Shown here: positions 12,001-22,644 of the stretch, one piece after another
How positions within the stretch are numbered: position 1 is the stretch's first letter
Layout of the letters: each line of letters opens with the position of its first letter
Origin: Macrostomum lignano
Taxonomy: Eukaryota
Assembly: GCA_002269645.1 (NCBI GenBank)
Contig: NIVC01002815.1
Span: 25,673-89,672 of the forward strand
DNA: 64,000 bases
Reading direction: 5' to 3'
Translations under genes and position numbers: made by a program
The notes under the pieces: model-generated
Databases searched by the model: none
Seen by the model: the letters and a program-made list of their open reading frames with translations, nothing else
What the model was told of the DNA's origin: nothing

Positions 12001-15000
12001 GGACGATATCCTCATCTGGGGCGAAAGTCAGACTGATCACGACGAAAGGCTCAACACCGTAATGAGAATCCTGGAAAACAATGGACTTCGCATAAATGCT
12101 GACAAGTCTGTACTAAACAAGTCGTCAATACGATTCCTGGGCTACGAGATCAGTGCAGATGGAACTTGCCCTCTAAAGGAGAAAGTGGAAGCCATTGCCG
12201 GATTAAAAGAGCCAAGCGACCTCAAACAACTACAGGCATTCTTGGGAATGGTCGATTTCTATGGACGGTGCATTCCTAACTTGGCTACGTTAAAAGAGTC
12301 ATTGACCAATCTAACCAGGTCAGGTGTGCGATGGACCTGGGGAAGGCAAGAACAGAAGGCATTTAACACAATCAAGGAAAGATTGCTCAACGCCGGACTT
12401 CTAAAGTCATTCGATCCAGCTGACAATGTTATACTTACGACTGATGCATCACCGGTGGGACTGGGAGCCGTGTTGGAGCAGTCGTCCGGTCCTGTTCTAT
12501 TTATCTCCAAGACGTTGACACAGGCTGAGAGAAATTATGCACAGATCGAAAGAGAGGCGCTAGCCATAGTCTGGGCGGTTAAACGCCTCCACAAATATCT
12601 GCTAGGACGCAAGTTCGTGCTCAGGACGGACCATCAACCACTGAAATTTTTGTTCAACCCGGGAAAGGCCTTGTCTACGGTTGCTGCTGCTAGGCTACAG
12701 CGATGGGCGATCACACTCATGGAGTATGGTTACGTCATCGAGTATAAGCGTTCCGAGGAGATCCCTGTCGCTGATGCCCTATCTCGATTGAATAATAGTG
12801 CCGCGGAGAGCGAACAATTCGACGTCAACTCGATTCAGGACAGTCTACTTGATATACCAGTTGACAAGCAGCGGCTTAGGCGCACGTCAATGCTTGATCA
12901 GGAAATGCGACGACTGTTTGCGCTCGTCAAGCATGGCTGGACAGCCCGAGGAATCAAGGAGCTACCAACATACGCTCGAACTCGTGACGAACTGGTGATC
13001 GAGAACGGTCTTCTTTACAGAGGAATACGCCTGCTGATCCCGGAGGAGGAGCGACAAAGAGTTCTTCAACTATTGCACGACGGCCACATAGGCGCGGACA
13101 AGATGAAATCCATCGCCAGACAATGCGTATGGTGGCCGGGAATAGACGCTGATGTCACTAGGCATACCAAGCAATGCGTCGCTTGTCAGACAAATAAAGA
13201 CCATGGAGCATCAATCCAATGGGCATCTTGGCCAGAGGAAAGCGAAAAGTGGTGCCGTGTGCACGCAGACTACGCTGGACCGTTTAAGGGCAACAAGTAC
13301 CTGCTCGTAATAGTCGATGCCTACAGCAAATGGGCAGAATTACATGTTACGCAGTCAACTACATCGGCAGAAACTATCCGACGTTTCCGAAGAACGTTCT
13401 CGCAAGAAGGTGTTCCCGCAACATTGGTTACTGACAATGGTCCACAATTCACTTCAGTGGAGATGGAGGGCTGGCTCAAAGGAAACGGATGCAGACACGT
13501 GCTCACGCCTCCGTACCACCCACGATCAAACGGCCTTGCGGAAAGGTTTGTGAGAGACATAAAGAACCATGTGGCGGCATCAGGAGGCGAAGACGATCTA
13601 CAAACCAGTGTCGACCGCTTCCTTCTACAGTACAGGAACTCCCGTCACTCCACGACAGGAAGGGCACCTGCAGAGTTAATGCGAGGACATCTGCTTCGGA
13701 CGGCAACGTTGACCTTGGCCAAAGAACCGGTGTGGGTAAAGACATACAGGAACGAAACCGAGAAATGGAAGCCCGGTGAAATCGTTGCTAGAGAAGGTAA
13801 GAAAATTGTGGGCGTACAATTGGAAGACGGAAAACACGGCCGATATCATCTGGAGCAGACAAAGCCAAGGATTCCCGTTGAAACTAGCGAGCCTCAGGAG
13901 AGCTCACAGCAAGGTGTTGCTGACCAGAACACAAGTAACCCGATAGAAGAGCCTGGACAACCTGAAAGAGGTCATCGCTGCCAGCGCACGCGGAAGGCAC
14001 CCGACAGACTGAACTACTCAACTTTAGGAAGCCCGGATTGCGCGTGAACTGGAGTGAACTCGGACAGTTGCAGAAACTATCGGGAAGGAGTGTTAGATGT
14101 ATTAATTTGATATAGACTTTTATCTATGGCTTGACCGCCACTAGAATTACAGTACAACTTGAATGAGCGGTGCCTCGTTCTAAGGCCACAATCAATAAAA
14201 GTGATATTGAGAGCTGCTCAACTGGAGCACTTAAGAAATTACCGAGTTAGCTAAAGGCTACATCAAAATTGGTGTTATAGTGTCTGTGCATCCAGAACCA
14301 ACAATGGTTAAGACGTCATACTGGCTTATGTACTTTTGCTGAGAAGCCATTGGTCAACTGAAAATCTATGGTACAAAACTATTCTCCTCGTTTCGGTGTG
14401 CAAAGTAAAATATTGGCAAAGACAGTTTCAGAGCACATCGCAGTCTTTATGTAGCATTTCCCACTCAATTTGGTCCTGTGAGCAGTTACTTTAGTCCTGA
14501 ATTTTAAAAGCACACACATCAAGCATCTATCTTGATAATGCAACACAATGCGGAACAGTGCAACATAACAGAAGAGCCATCGTGCTGAATAGTCAGTTCC
14601 AAAAGTTACTCAACTCAGAGAATAGGTACGCCAGCGATGCATCGGTGGAGGTAGCGCATCGTTTTACGATGCTATCCTCCGAATTTTACTGCAGTTACCG
14701 CATCTGTCGCCTCTACAATTCTCCACTTCCCGGGGAGGGAAGCTCTTCGCTACCTTTAACTTCCGTTATCAAGCAAACATGGTAAGATTGACAAGACGTA
14801 CAGGCTTAGTGAGATACTTTTGAAAATGCTGAAACACCTTGGATACTGTGACTCTGTCTATTGACAATATTTAATGCCATTTAAATTTTCCAACAACTTA
14901 TCGAGTGGAATAGCGGGTATATTGTATCTGTCTCCATCCCGCAGCAATGCTCTCAGCCTGCTGGCTCGCTAAACAAGTGCGTCGGCTCCTTTCACTCCCA

Positions 15001-18000
15001 ACTGGTTTGTCGCTACGATCTGACTGATAAATTCTCGCCCAACAGTCACCGGTCGCAGACTTCTGCTGCCGCTGCCGCTGCTGCTTCCTCTGGCACTTCC
15101 GCTGGTACCGAAACCGGAAACTACCTTGACAGGAGCAACTATGATGGTAAGACTGCCTTTTAATGTTTGTATGCCATTTCTATCTGCTGCCTTTTTTGTT
15201 CTTTACTAGAAAGATCAGTACCTGATTGTGGTTGACATGCTATTGGATTTTTCTCTTTTTTGGCAAACTTTCGCTTTGATTTTCCTTGTCTACCTGCCTT
15301 CTTCGCCCATTGTGCAGTTGACTCGGCTTGCTTTTTAGCATCCGCGCTCACCAATAAGACATTGGCAAATAGAAGAAAACTAGCAATCTACGCCCCCCGT
15401 TGGGGAGCCAAAGAAATGCAATACACGTATTTTTAATAAGCTACATGTAGCCTTGAAATCTTAAAAAATCTCCTGTCAAAATTCTAACCCTAACCAAAAC
15501 CCTAAATTCAATATTTTGTCCATGAGTTTTTGCATGATCGATGCTTCTATGATTTTTGGCATGACGCTTCCATTGTTTTTGCATGACGCTTCCATTATTT
15601 TTGCATGATGCTTCCATGATAAACATTTTTAATAAGCTAAATGAGCCAAGTTATAAGCTACCCTAACCCTAACCCTAACCCGAATCTTAACGCAATAACC
15701 CTGAACCTAACCCTAAACCTAAACCCTAATACCAACCCTAACACTAACCCTACAGCCTGACATCTGCATAAGTTTGTGAAGAGCTAGTATTATTTTTTAG
15801 CTTAGTATCTTAGCGTTAGGGAGCCAAAAATACAGTACAAGTTTTGTAATAAACTACATGTAGCATCTCTTTGCAATATACCTCAGAAGTCCCTTGTAAG
15901 CCTTGAAATGTCAGTAATTCCCCCCACAAGCTTTAACAAATCAACTCCCCCCCTTGACATCTCAGCGATGCCCCAAATAAGCCTTGAAGTCTAAAAAAAT
16001 CTGTCAACCTTCTAACCCTAACCCTAGCCTAACCCTAACCCTAACCCTAGCCTAACCCTAACCCTAACCCTAGCCTAACCCTAACCCTAACCCTAACCTA
16101 ACCCTAAAGCATTGAAATTTCAGTAATTCTGAGTCATTATAGCACTACTACAGCGTTATAGCGATTCCCTGCAAGCCTCGACATCGTAGGGATTCCCAAA
16201 TGAATCTCTTAAATTCGACATGAAGCTTCTTTTATTTTTTACATTATGCTTTTTCTATCAGTGAGCCCTGAGGAGCCAACAAAAAATGTAATAAAAAGTT
16301 TTCATTAAACTACATGTAGCTTCTGACTTTAGCCTTGAAATATCATTTATACCCCCGTGAGCCTTGACATCTCAGCTATTCCCCCCGTAAGCCTTGACAT
16401 GTCAGCAATGGCCCCCATAAACCTTGAAATCTAAAAAATCCCCTGTTAACCTTGAAACCCGATAAAATATAACCCTCAACCCACACCTGACCTAAACCTA
16501 ACTTTAACCCAACCTAAAGCCTTGAAATCTCAGCAATTCTTCTCCCCTAAGCCTTGACATTTTGGTGATTCTTTCTTTAAGAATCACAGCACTATAACGA
16601 TTTCCACCAAGCTTTGACATCGTAGCAATTCCCAAATGAATCTTTTAACTTCGACATGACTTTTCTTTTATGTATACATAGTGCTACTTTTATTTTTTAC
16701 ATGACTTTTCTTCTATCAGCGCATCAGCTATCAGCCCCCCCGTGACGAGCCAACAAAGAATGCAATAAAAAAATGGAGTAAAGTACATGAACTTTGAAGT
16801 AGCTTCTGACTTTTGCTTTGACATCTCAGAAACCCCCCCCCCCGTAATCTCAGTTATTCTCTGAGAGCCTTTACGTCTCAGTTTTTCTCCCCAGCACAGC
16901 ATTATAGTTGCATTTAATTTTTACATGACGTTTCTTTTATTCTACCGTGACGCTTCTTAATTTTTTAAATGACACTTTCATTAGTTTTAAATGAGGCTTC
17001 TATGATTTTTTCTTGACGCTTCTATGATTTTTATATGACGTTTCTATGATTGTTTACATGACGCTTCTATGATTGTTTACATGACGCTTCTATGATTTTT
17101 TACATGGCGCTTCTATGATTGTTTTCATGACGCTTCTATGATTGTTTACATGACGCTTCTATGATTGTTTACATGACGCTTCTATGATTTTTTACATGAC
17201 GCTCTATGATTGTTTACATGACGCTTCTATGATTGTTTACATGACGCTTCTATGATTGTTTGCATGACGCTTCTATGATTTTTACATGACGCTTCTATGA
17301 TTTTTTCATGACGCTTCTATGATTTTTGCATGACGCTTCTATGATTATTACATGACGCTTTTAATATTTTTTCATGACGCTTCCATGATTTTTTCATGAC
17401 GCTTCTATGATTTTTTATGACGCTTCTATGATTTTTTATGACGCTATTTTGACTTTTACATGACGCTTCTATGATTGTTTACATGACGCTTCTATGATTT
17501 TTTAAATGACGCTACTATGATTGTTTGCATGACGCTTCTATGATTTTTACATGACGCTACTATGATTGTTTGCATGACGCTTCTATGATTTTTACATGAC
17601 GCTTCTATGATTTTTTCATGACGCTTCTATGATTTTTGCATGACGCTTCTATGATTATTACATGACGCTTTTATTATTTTTTCATGACGCTTCCATGATT
17701 TTTTCATGACGCTTCTATGATTTTTTATGACGCTTTTTTGACTTTTACATGACGCTTCTATGATTGTTTGCATGACGCTTCTATGATTGTTTACATGACG
17801 CTTCTATGATTTTTTCATGACGCTTCTATGATTTTTTACATGACGCTTCTATGATTGTTTACATGACGCTTCTATGATTTTTTTACATTACACTTCCATG
17901 ATTTTTATATAACGCTTTTACGATTTTTACATGGCGATTCTATGATTGTTTACATGACGCTTCTATGATTTTTTACATGACGCTTCTATGATTTTTTCAT

Positions 18001-21000
18001 GACGCTTCTATGATTTTTTACATGACGCTTCTATGATTGTTTACATGACGCTTCTATGATTGTATACATGACGCTTCTATGATTGTTTACATGACGCTTC
18101 TATGATTTTTTACATTACGCTTCTATGATTTTTATATAACGCTTTTACGATTTTTTACATGGCGCTTCTATGATTGTTTACATGACACTTCTATGATTTT
18201 TTACATGACGCTTCTTTTTAAAAAGTCTTTTAGTTTTCCTGACGTTGAAAAGCTTTAATTAAAAAAATTATACTCTATGAAAATTCGAACCATCGTCGCT
18301 GCATTTGGCAGTTCAGTTTGTTCACCTCTAGGCTAGCTCTCATCGTTTTGATAACATCAAATTTTGCACTTATATAATTCAACACTTTAAAATCCAAGCA
18401 TAGAGTAAATCACACGAAGCAGTTATGACATAATCAGTTTCTCAGTCAGTCAGTATCAGTTAACAATATGGTTACGCAATTTAAATCAAGTCTGGTGCTA
18501 CGCTTCCACACTGCATTTTCAATTCAAGTCGGAGTTACAATTCAGTTATGATGCAATCTATTTCAGAATCAGAATTCAACCAGTCAGTTTTTTCTCTAGC
18601 ATTCTTACAATGCATTTCAAGTCGAAAAGTTTGCTTGACCTTTGCAAAAAAGCATGTTTTTCGAATATTTAATCACTTTAACATGGAGCAATTTCTTAGC
18701 CAAGATGCATGTACCGTCACCGGAAAATTTCTGATCGAACAGTGCAAGTCTCATGAAAATCGGTCCAGCCATTTTTTCTCTAATCGATTGCGTACAAACA
18801 AACAAACAAGCAAGATTTTCATTTTTAGTATATACGAGGCCAACTCCTCCGCTGGAGGAGAAAGGGGAAGAACTCCCATCACCGGAATTCCATTCCCTGA
18901 AATCCACCAACTGAATCCCATCATCCAACTCCTCACCGCAAAACTGAACACCATGGAAATCCTCTCCGCGAAACAGAAATCCTCTCCGTGAAACTGAACT
19001 CCAAGGAAATCCTCTGCGTGAAACTAAAATCCATCAAAATTGTCTCCGTAAAACAGAAATACATCAAAATTCTCTCCACGAAACAGAAATCGTCTCCGGG
19101 AAACTGAAAACCATCGAAATCCTCTCCGCAAGACAGAAATCCTCTCCAAGAAACTGAAAACCATTGAAATTCCCTCCGTGAAACTGGATTCAATCGAAAT
19201 TTTCTCCGTCAAAGGGAATAAACTCCAAGGATTCAATGGTTAGGGTTAGGGTTAGGGTTATGGTTAGAGCTACACACAGCAGCGTGTTGAAAGGCGCCGA
19301 TAAAAAAATTGAACCAATTGAATCAGTTGAATGCGCAACCAATTTCATAGTCATTCAGTATCAGTCTCGGTAAAATTAGGAAAAAAAATTGCGCAATCTA
19401 AATCAACCCTCCAATACACAGCGACCGACCCCTTCCAATACGCAGTGAAGGTTAGAAATTCAACCCCCCCCCTAACTGTTGGGGTGTCGGTCGAACCCCC
19501 ATTGAACCCGTAAAATGAGTACAATCTTTGCAGAGAGTTAAAAGTATTGAAATATCGTCTTTGCTTTTGCTTTGCTTTTTGCTTTCATATTTAAAGCAAA
19601 CAACTTATATCCTCGAAGTCAGCATTGAAAGATCTTTCCAGCAATATAAGTCTCTTCTCTCAGAGTTCAAAACTCGAGGAACAGTTGGCGTTTGAAATAT
19701 CCCAATTTAAAGCATTGAACTATCGAGTGTACGCATACGTGCACTGCCTGCTAAAAAGGCTTGCAAGTTTATTCATTGAATTCCACTGCCGCCCCAGCAC
19801 CCTCAACACAGGGGGGTTTGGTTAAGTTCTCAGTGCACACAGTTGTGGCGCAATCGCTAAAAATTGATGTCAACCGGCCCAGCTTACACCCCTTCAGTTG
19901 AAAGAATACACTGCACAGATAGGCCGGCTGTTGTGGCGCAATCATTGCAAATTACGCAAGATGTTCATATTCCCCTATTGTTCTACGATTTCTGCTTTTT
20001 TAGGGATCTTAAAATTTGAAAATAAAAAATTTAAATAGCCCACTGCCATCCTCGGAAAATTTGCAGTTTTCCCATATAAGTTTCAACGCTGACTTGCAAG
20101 TCGTCTAGGAGGAGATGTGTATCACACAAACAGACAAACAACGCACCAACTTTAGTATTAAGACGAGTGGAACTCCTCCGTTGGAGGAGAAATCCGCTGA
20201 ATTGAAATCCCCGGAATCCCATGGTTGGAATGTTGAATCTGCAGAACTCCATATCGTAACCCTAACCCTAGCTCTTGGGCCAGCGAAATTGAGCTACTGA
20301 AACGATCGCCTGCCCCCGTTGATGCATATGCATTGCGCCATCGCTGTCGCAGCCCGGTTCTCACAAATGTACACTGCATTTAGCCGAATTTATTCATTTA
20401 TGCCGGCCTTGTTACTTGCAAGCGTACAGTAAAGATCTACAGTACAGTCTATAGCCCATGCACCTCCCCCAAATGCACAGGGAGAGTCTAGGCTTGTGCA
20501 TTGCACAGTCAGAATTGAAATTAATGAAACCCCTCCCCAGCCACTTAACGTTTTCACAATTGAAATCAAGAAATTTTCTATGACAAATTGCTCTGATGCA
20601 GTTGAGATTTCGGAACAGAAAATTATACCATTCTGTTCAGTTTTTCAAACTCTTTCCAACGGTGTGATTCACTTTTCTGTAGCTTGAAAATTAAAAGCAG
20701 AAATTAAGGTGCAAGTTTTCCCGTTTCTTACTTGCAGAGCGCAATGTACACTCTGTGATGAGTTGAAAAATCAAGCCATCCATTCTCGCGCAGTGTGCAC
20801 CTCCACCCCTTTTTAACACTGAGCAAGTAGGCCGCCAATTCTCAAGTGCCGGCGACCCTCCCCCAGCTGAAATGAAATACACTGCAGAGATAGGAGAAAA
20901 GTTGTGGCGCAACCATACAAAATAGCGTCAAGTGGGATGGGAAGTCCATGGAATGCGATATATAGACATCTGGCTGTCTGGTTTGTGCTGTTTTCTGCTT

Positions 21001-22644
21001 TTTTGAAGCACTTAAAATTGAAATTTGAAAATGAATTTTAAATTGTAGCATCGTCGGGACATTTGACATGTTTTGGTACCGGTTTGAAAGTTGAGTTGCA
21101 AGAATCCTAGGAGGAGATCGTCGACAAACCCGGCCCACCGGCCCACCCTACCACCGGACCACGACGTCAGCTTTAGTATATAGAAGATAAGAGGAAGGAA
21201 GATTTAGTATATTTAGATTATACCGCCTTGATTCAGATCTAGTTTCCCTCCTTTATCTTCAGTTCCATTAATTAAGCCATGCTTAAAGTGCCAATTAATT
21301 GTTGTCAACTGAAAGGACAGTACAGGTAGCTAAAAGGTTCAAAGATTTCTTCGACCTGTCCTACCAGAATAGTACAGGCTGCTAGTCTATACCGTGGGAG
21401 GGCAGCTCAGCGGTGAACGCGTCCGAGTCTTGCTCCACAGTACCCGGGTTTAGCTTGTTTTTAAACTTCCAAACCACCCATTCTTATCACCGGCAGTTCT
21501 ATTACGTATGTATTTATGGCTTAGTTGCATGTGTTTTCTGTTTGTTTGTACTCGTCTTTCTGAGTTAAAATAGAGCTTGAGCCTGTGTACACCAATTTAG
21601 CCTGAAGTTCCAGGCACATACAGACGTATTTGTGACCGGACGGGGCGGTTAGGAGCTCAACACTGGCTTCAAATTTTCGGCCTTGCTGACATTCTATATA
21701 AGGCTTTATCAGTAGATCTTTGTTCGCCTTCCTTTGGGACAGTGCCCCTAGAAAAATAGGTAGCTACCTTAGCCTGTCTTTATCCCAAACAGCAGTGGTC
21801 ACATCAGCTATGATTATATATGTGACATGTTAAACTGCTAGCCAAGCCACTCAATGTATTTCTCAAGCATACAGAGCTGTTGTCAGCTTGTCAAAACTCG
21901 CGCTCAGAACCCGCAGAATCCATACCGGACCAACAGGCTGCGAACTGTGACACCCCAGCAGCAGCTTCGGCCGACCGCCGCCCAGCAGCTCAAATTGGCG
22001 AGGCCTTCATACCGCTATACCAGCAGCAGGCGGCTAGTAGCAGCAGCTTCCGAGTCGAGCTCGACCAGCTTCGAGCCATGGCTCGCCAGCTTCTGCCCGA
22101 GGGCACCAGTCGATCGCAGGTGAAAAAGCTGGCAAACCGGCTGCGCTACTGGCGCCGGCACGGCTACCAGCCGTCCACACCGGAGGAGGAGGCGCAGATG
22201 GCTCAGCGGATGGAAGCCTGGGTGCTGGAGGTGGCGGATTCTCACAACTATCTGCACAAATTGAACTTCAAACGACGATGCCGACTGTTGAATTCAACTG
22301 GTGCAGCTCTGGAAGTCATTCGCAGCTGCCGACAGTTCAGCGATGCTCCGCCAGCTGGCAGGGCAAAACAGCGAAAGGTCAAGCGAAAACGATGGCCAAA
22401 TAAGCAGAAACTGAAGCAGCTGCAGCAGCAGCACAAGGAAGAGCTGATACTTGCTTCAAGGAAGCAAGCAAGTAAGCAGGGCAGCGCCCCAGTAGAAGCC
22501 ACCGTGTGGTCGGGCCGGCTCCGTGAGCGGCGCTGCCAGAAGCAGCAGGACAAGAAAATTTGCACCGGGAAAAGCGTCAAGAATAAATCTGGCAGAGTTA
22601 GTAATGTACAGACTAGAAAGGCTGGACAGAAGAGAAAGAAGTGA
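2..22644 (+). CDS. ZCCHC7: ZCCHC7/Air1-2-like zinc-knuckle protein (TRAMP subunit), 5'-partial, 6 exons in window
   Basis: Exons <2-134, 768-1108, 1524-1559, 3240-3455, 14945-15146 and 21875-22644 all have GT-AG boundaries and matching phases (1,0,0,0,1). The joined protein has DLWRVDPEDL, five CX2CX4HX4C knuckles, the Air/ZCCHC7 motif CPDIWRQYH, YCCNCARRGHSVHQC and a basic C-terminal tail. Confidence 0.85.
4297..5309 (+). mobile_element. Decayed Tc1/mariner DDE transposase (frameshifted) in ZCCHC7 intron
   Basis: Successive ORF fragments give an N-terminal HTH (MTDTERLRAVEMLKVGCTLRTVANHFGKS), the first catalytic motif IITDERQF (cf. FSDE) and RSPDMNSSEH (cf. SPDLNPIE). TIRs were not identified. 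Confidence 0.75.
7310..7460 (+). mobile_element. tRNA-head SINE-like element, family B, internally deleted copy
   Basis: A-box-like GCAGCTCAGTGGTAAACGCG followed by CCAAGGCACAAAGAGTGTACATG..ATTAGAAAGT..TGTATACCCTGTGTAAGCGTG, which is shared with the copies at 26335-26570 (-) and 39060-39280 (+). Confidence 0.55.
10002..10214 (+). repeat. 5' LTR (213 bp)
   Basis: Differs from 14091-14303 at 2 of 213 positions by eye. Contains AATAAA. Confidence 0.95.
10227..10943 (+). CDS. Gypsy gag (capsid region)
   Basis: ATG directly after the PBS. Capsid motifs WLQRFE, FHHMKQESGEDTSAYARRLR, CEF and RLRDQFVFGL. Confidence 0.9.
   Translation: MATIPIEPPETDVPAEVSRWLQRFEAIAKVNKWNDDVLKYAFIAQLGKKAFNLLADASLPAKPEEKTFDQLKTLLTNETKASKSGLAYRYAFHHMKQESGEDTSAYARRLRQAADNCEFTDLNDRLRDQFVFGLLNKDIVRKLLSEKLADLTWERVTSVASACEAVARGEKQMSSSEILSVKRADRPRLRIDRTIAKRGSQPGTASGINKAIATKQNVSAVARMDTARTSASTVQRPA
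10736..14047 (+). CDS. Gypsy NC-pol frame: two CCHC knuckles, protease, RT, RNase H, integrase
   Basis: Frame is -1 relative to gag and open from 10736. Motifs: CFCCGKDGHRKDVC, CLNCGKTGHLKAVC, protease IMDTGS, RT YQDDIL, RNase H TDASPVGLG and NYAQIEREALA, integrase HHCC and DNGPQF...ERFVR. Confidence 0.93.
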   Translation, partial: KTDEQQRNFIGQEGGSTAFADRQNDRKAWQPTGYGKWNQQSHRDQTKCFCCGKDGHRKDVCQHRSKTCLNCGKTGHLKAVCKSNTSRPAQGSRQTVKVRAIEPQKDSSGPVGAQDSIFSVNGSCEEPSRRRITRLQLVNGANLHMIMDTGSVSSFVPLKVYQGLPLKSNLRPTARRFTAYQGDPVRVLGEVTVRVERGGAVANLPLFVVDHRDVEPIYGLDWIAELEPELYVAITQGGNADATEERQSSRMSPVDTVKASLSIRPGAKPVFCKPRPIPYGIQEDVKNELRRMESEGQLEKVQSSEWATPIVCVRKQSGSIRICGDYKITLNPVLKDMVSTTPSIDEVMSRLGRARKFSTLDLTNAYLQVPVDAETSQIQTWSTPFGLFRPTAWAFGVKQAPAIFQSHMDKLLLNLDGVISYQDDILIWGESQTDHDERLNTVMRILENNGLRINADKSVLNKSSIRFLGYEISADGTCPLKEKVEAIAGLKEPSDLKQLQAFLGMVDFYGRCIPNLATLKESLTNLTRSGVRWTWGRQEQKAFNTIKERLLNAGLLKSFDPADNVILTTDASPVGLGAVLEQSSGPVLFISKTLTQAERNYAQIEREALAIVWAVKRLHKYLLGRKFVLRTDHQPLKFLFNPGKALSTVAAARLQRWAITLMEYGYVIEYKRSEEIPVADALSRLNNSAAESEQFDVNSIQDSLLDIPVDKQRLRRTSMLDQEMRRLFALVKHGWTARGIKELPTYARTRDELVIENGLLYRGIRLLIPEEERQRVLQLLHDGHIGADKMKSIARQCVWWPGIDADVTRHTKQCVACQTNKDHGASIQWASWPEESEKWCRVHADYAGPFKGNKYLLVIVDAYSKWAELHVTQSTTSAETIRRFRRTFSQEGVPATLVTDNGPQFTSVEMEGWLKGNGCRHVLTPPYHPRSNGLAERFVRDIKNHVAASGGEDDLQTSVDRFLLQYRNSRHSTTGRAPAELMRGHLLRTATLTLAKEPVWVKTYRNETEKWKPGEIVAREGKKIVGVQLEDGKHGRYHLEQTKPRIPVETSEPQESSQQGVADQNTSNPIEEPGQPERGHRCQRTRKAPDRLNYSTLGSPDCA
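14091..14303 (+). repeat. 3' LTR (213 bp)
   Basis: Direct repeat of 10002-10214, followed by TSD ATGGT. Confidence 0.95.
15390..16900. repeat. About four degenerate ~420-470 bp modules with CCCTAA (telomere-like) tracts
   Basis: The block GAGCCAA(N)AAA...CTACATGTAGC recurs near 15405, 15820, 16270 and, more diverged, 16746, with many AGCCTTGA(C/A)AT sub-repeats. CCCTAA runs lie at 15660-15750, 16015-16105 and 16475-16515. Confidence 0.75.
16995..18218. repeat. 22-23 bp minisatellite (ACATGACGCTTCTATGATTGTTT)n, roughly 50+ copies
   Basis: Period of 23 measured at 17056/17079. A few degenerate units also occur at 15530-15620. Confidence 0.97.
18270..21187 (+). mobile_element. Head-to-tail stack of three Helentron/HINE (DINE-1-like) non-autonomous elements
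   Basis: Three 3'-type ends with an (ACAA)n or CCGG-type microrepeat followed by TTTAGTATA/TTTAGTATT (about 18835, 20162 and 21187). A 5' palindrome CTCCTCC-GNT-GGAGGAG lies at 18844-18860 and 20173-20189, with a matching sub-terminal GGAGGAG at 20108 and 21110. Core-like CATGAAAATCGGTCCAGCC near 18752. The family assignment is by structural analogy. Confidence 0.55.
18930..19215. repeat. Degenerate 20-30 bp tandem repeat (AAACTGAA..CATCGAAATCCTCTCCG) followed by (GGGTTA)n at 19238-19268
   Basis: Visible recurring units inside the second HINE-like element. Confidence 0.8.

Larger units (their letters stand above)
10002..14303 (+). mobile_element. Full-length Ty3/Gypsy LTR retrotransposon
   Basis: LTRs 10002-10214 and 14091-14303 (TG...CA) and a 5-bp TSD ATGGT (9997-10001 and 14304-14308). 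A PBS-like TGGTGACGAGG follows the 5' LTR and a PPT GGGAAGGAG precedes the 3' LTR. Domain order is gag-PR-RT-RNaseH-IN. Confidence 0.97.

Noticed and set aside
10541-13779. Antisense and alternate-frame ORFs within the Gypsy element
   Set aside because: They are shadows of gag/pol with no independent motifs. No env-like ORF lies between pol and the 3' LTR.
15660-16105. True chromosome end
   Set aside because: The CCCTAA tracts are short, degenerate and lie inside an intron with unique exons on both sides.
18548-18991. 147-aa ORF as a protein gene
   Set aside because: It runs through HINE-like core, microrepeat and junction sequence, with no domain signal.
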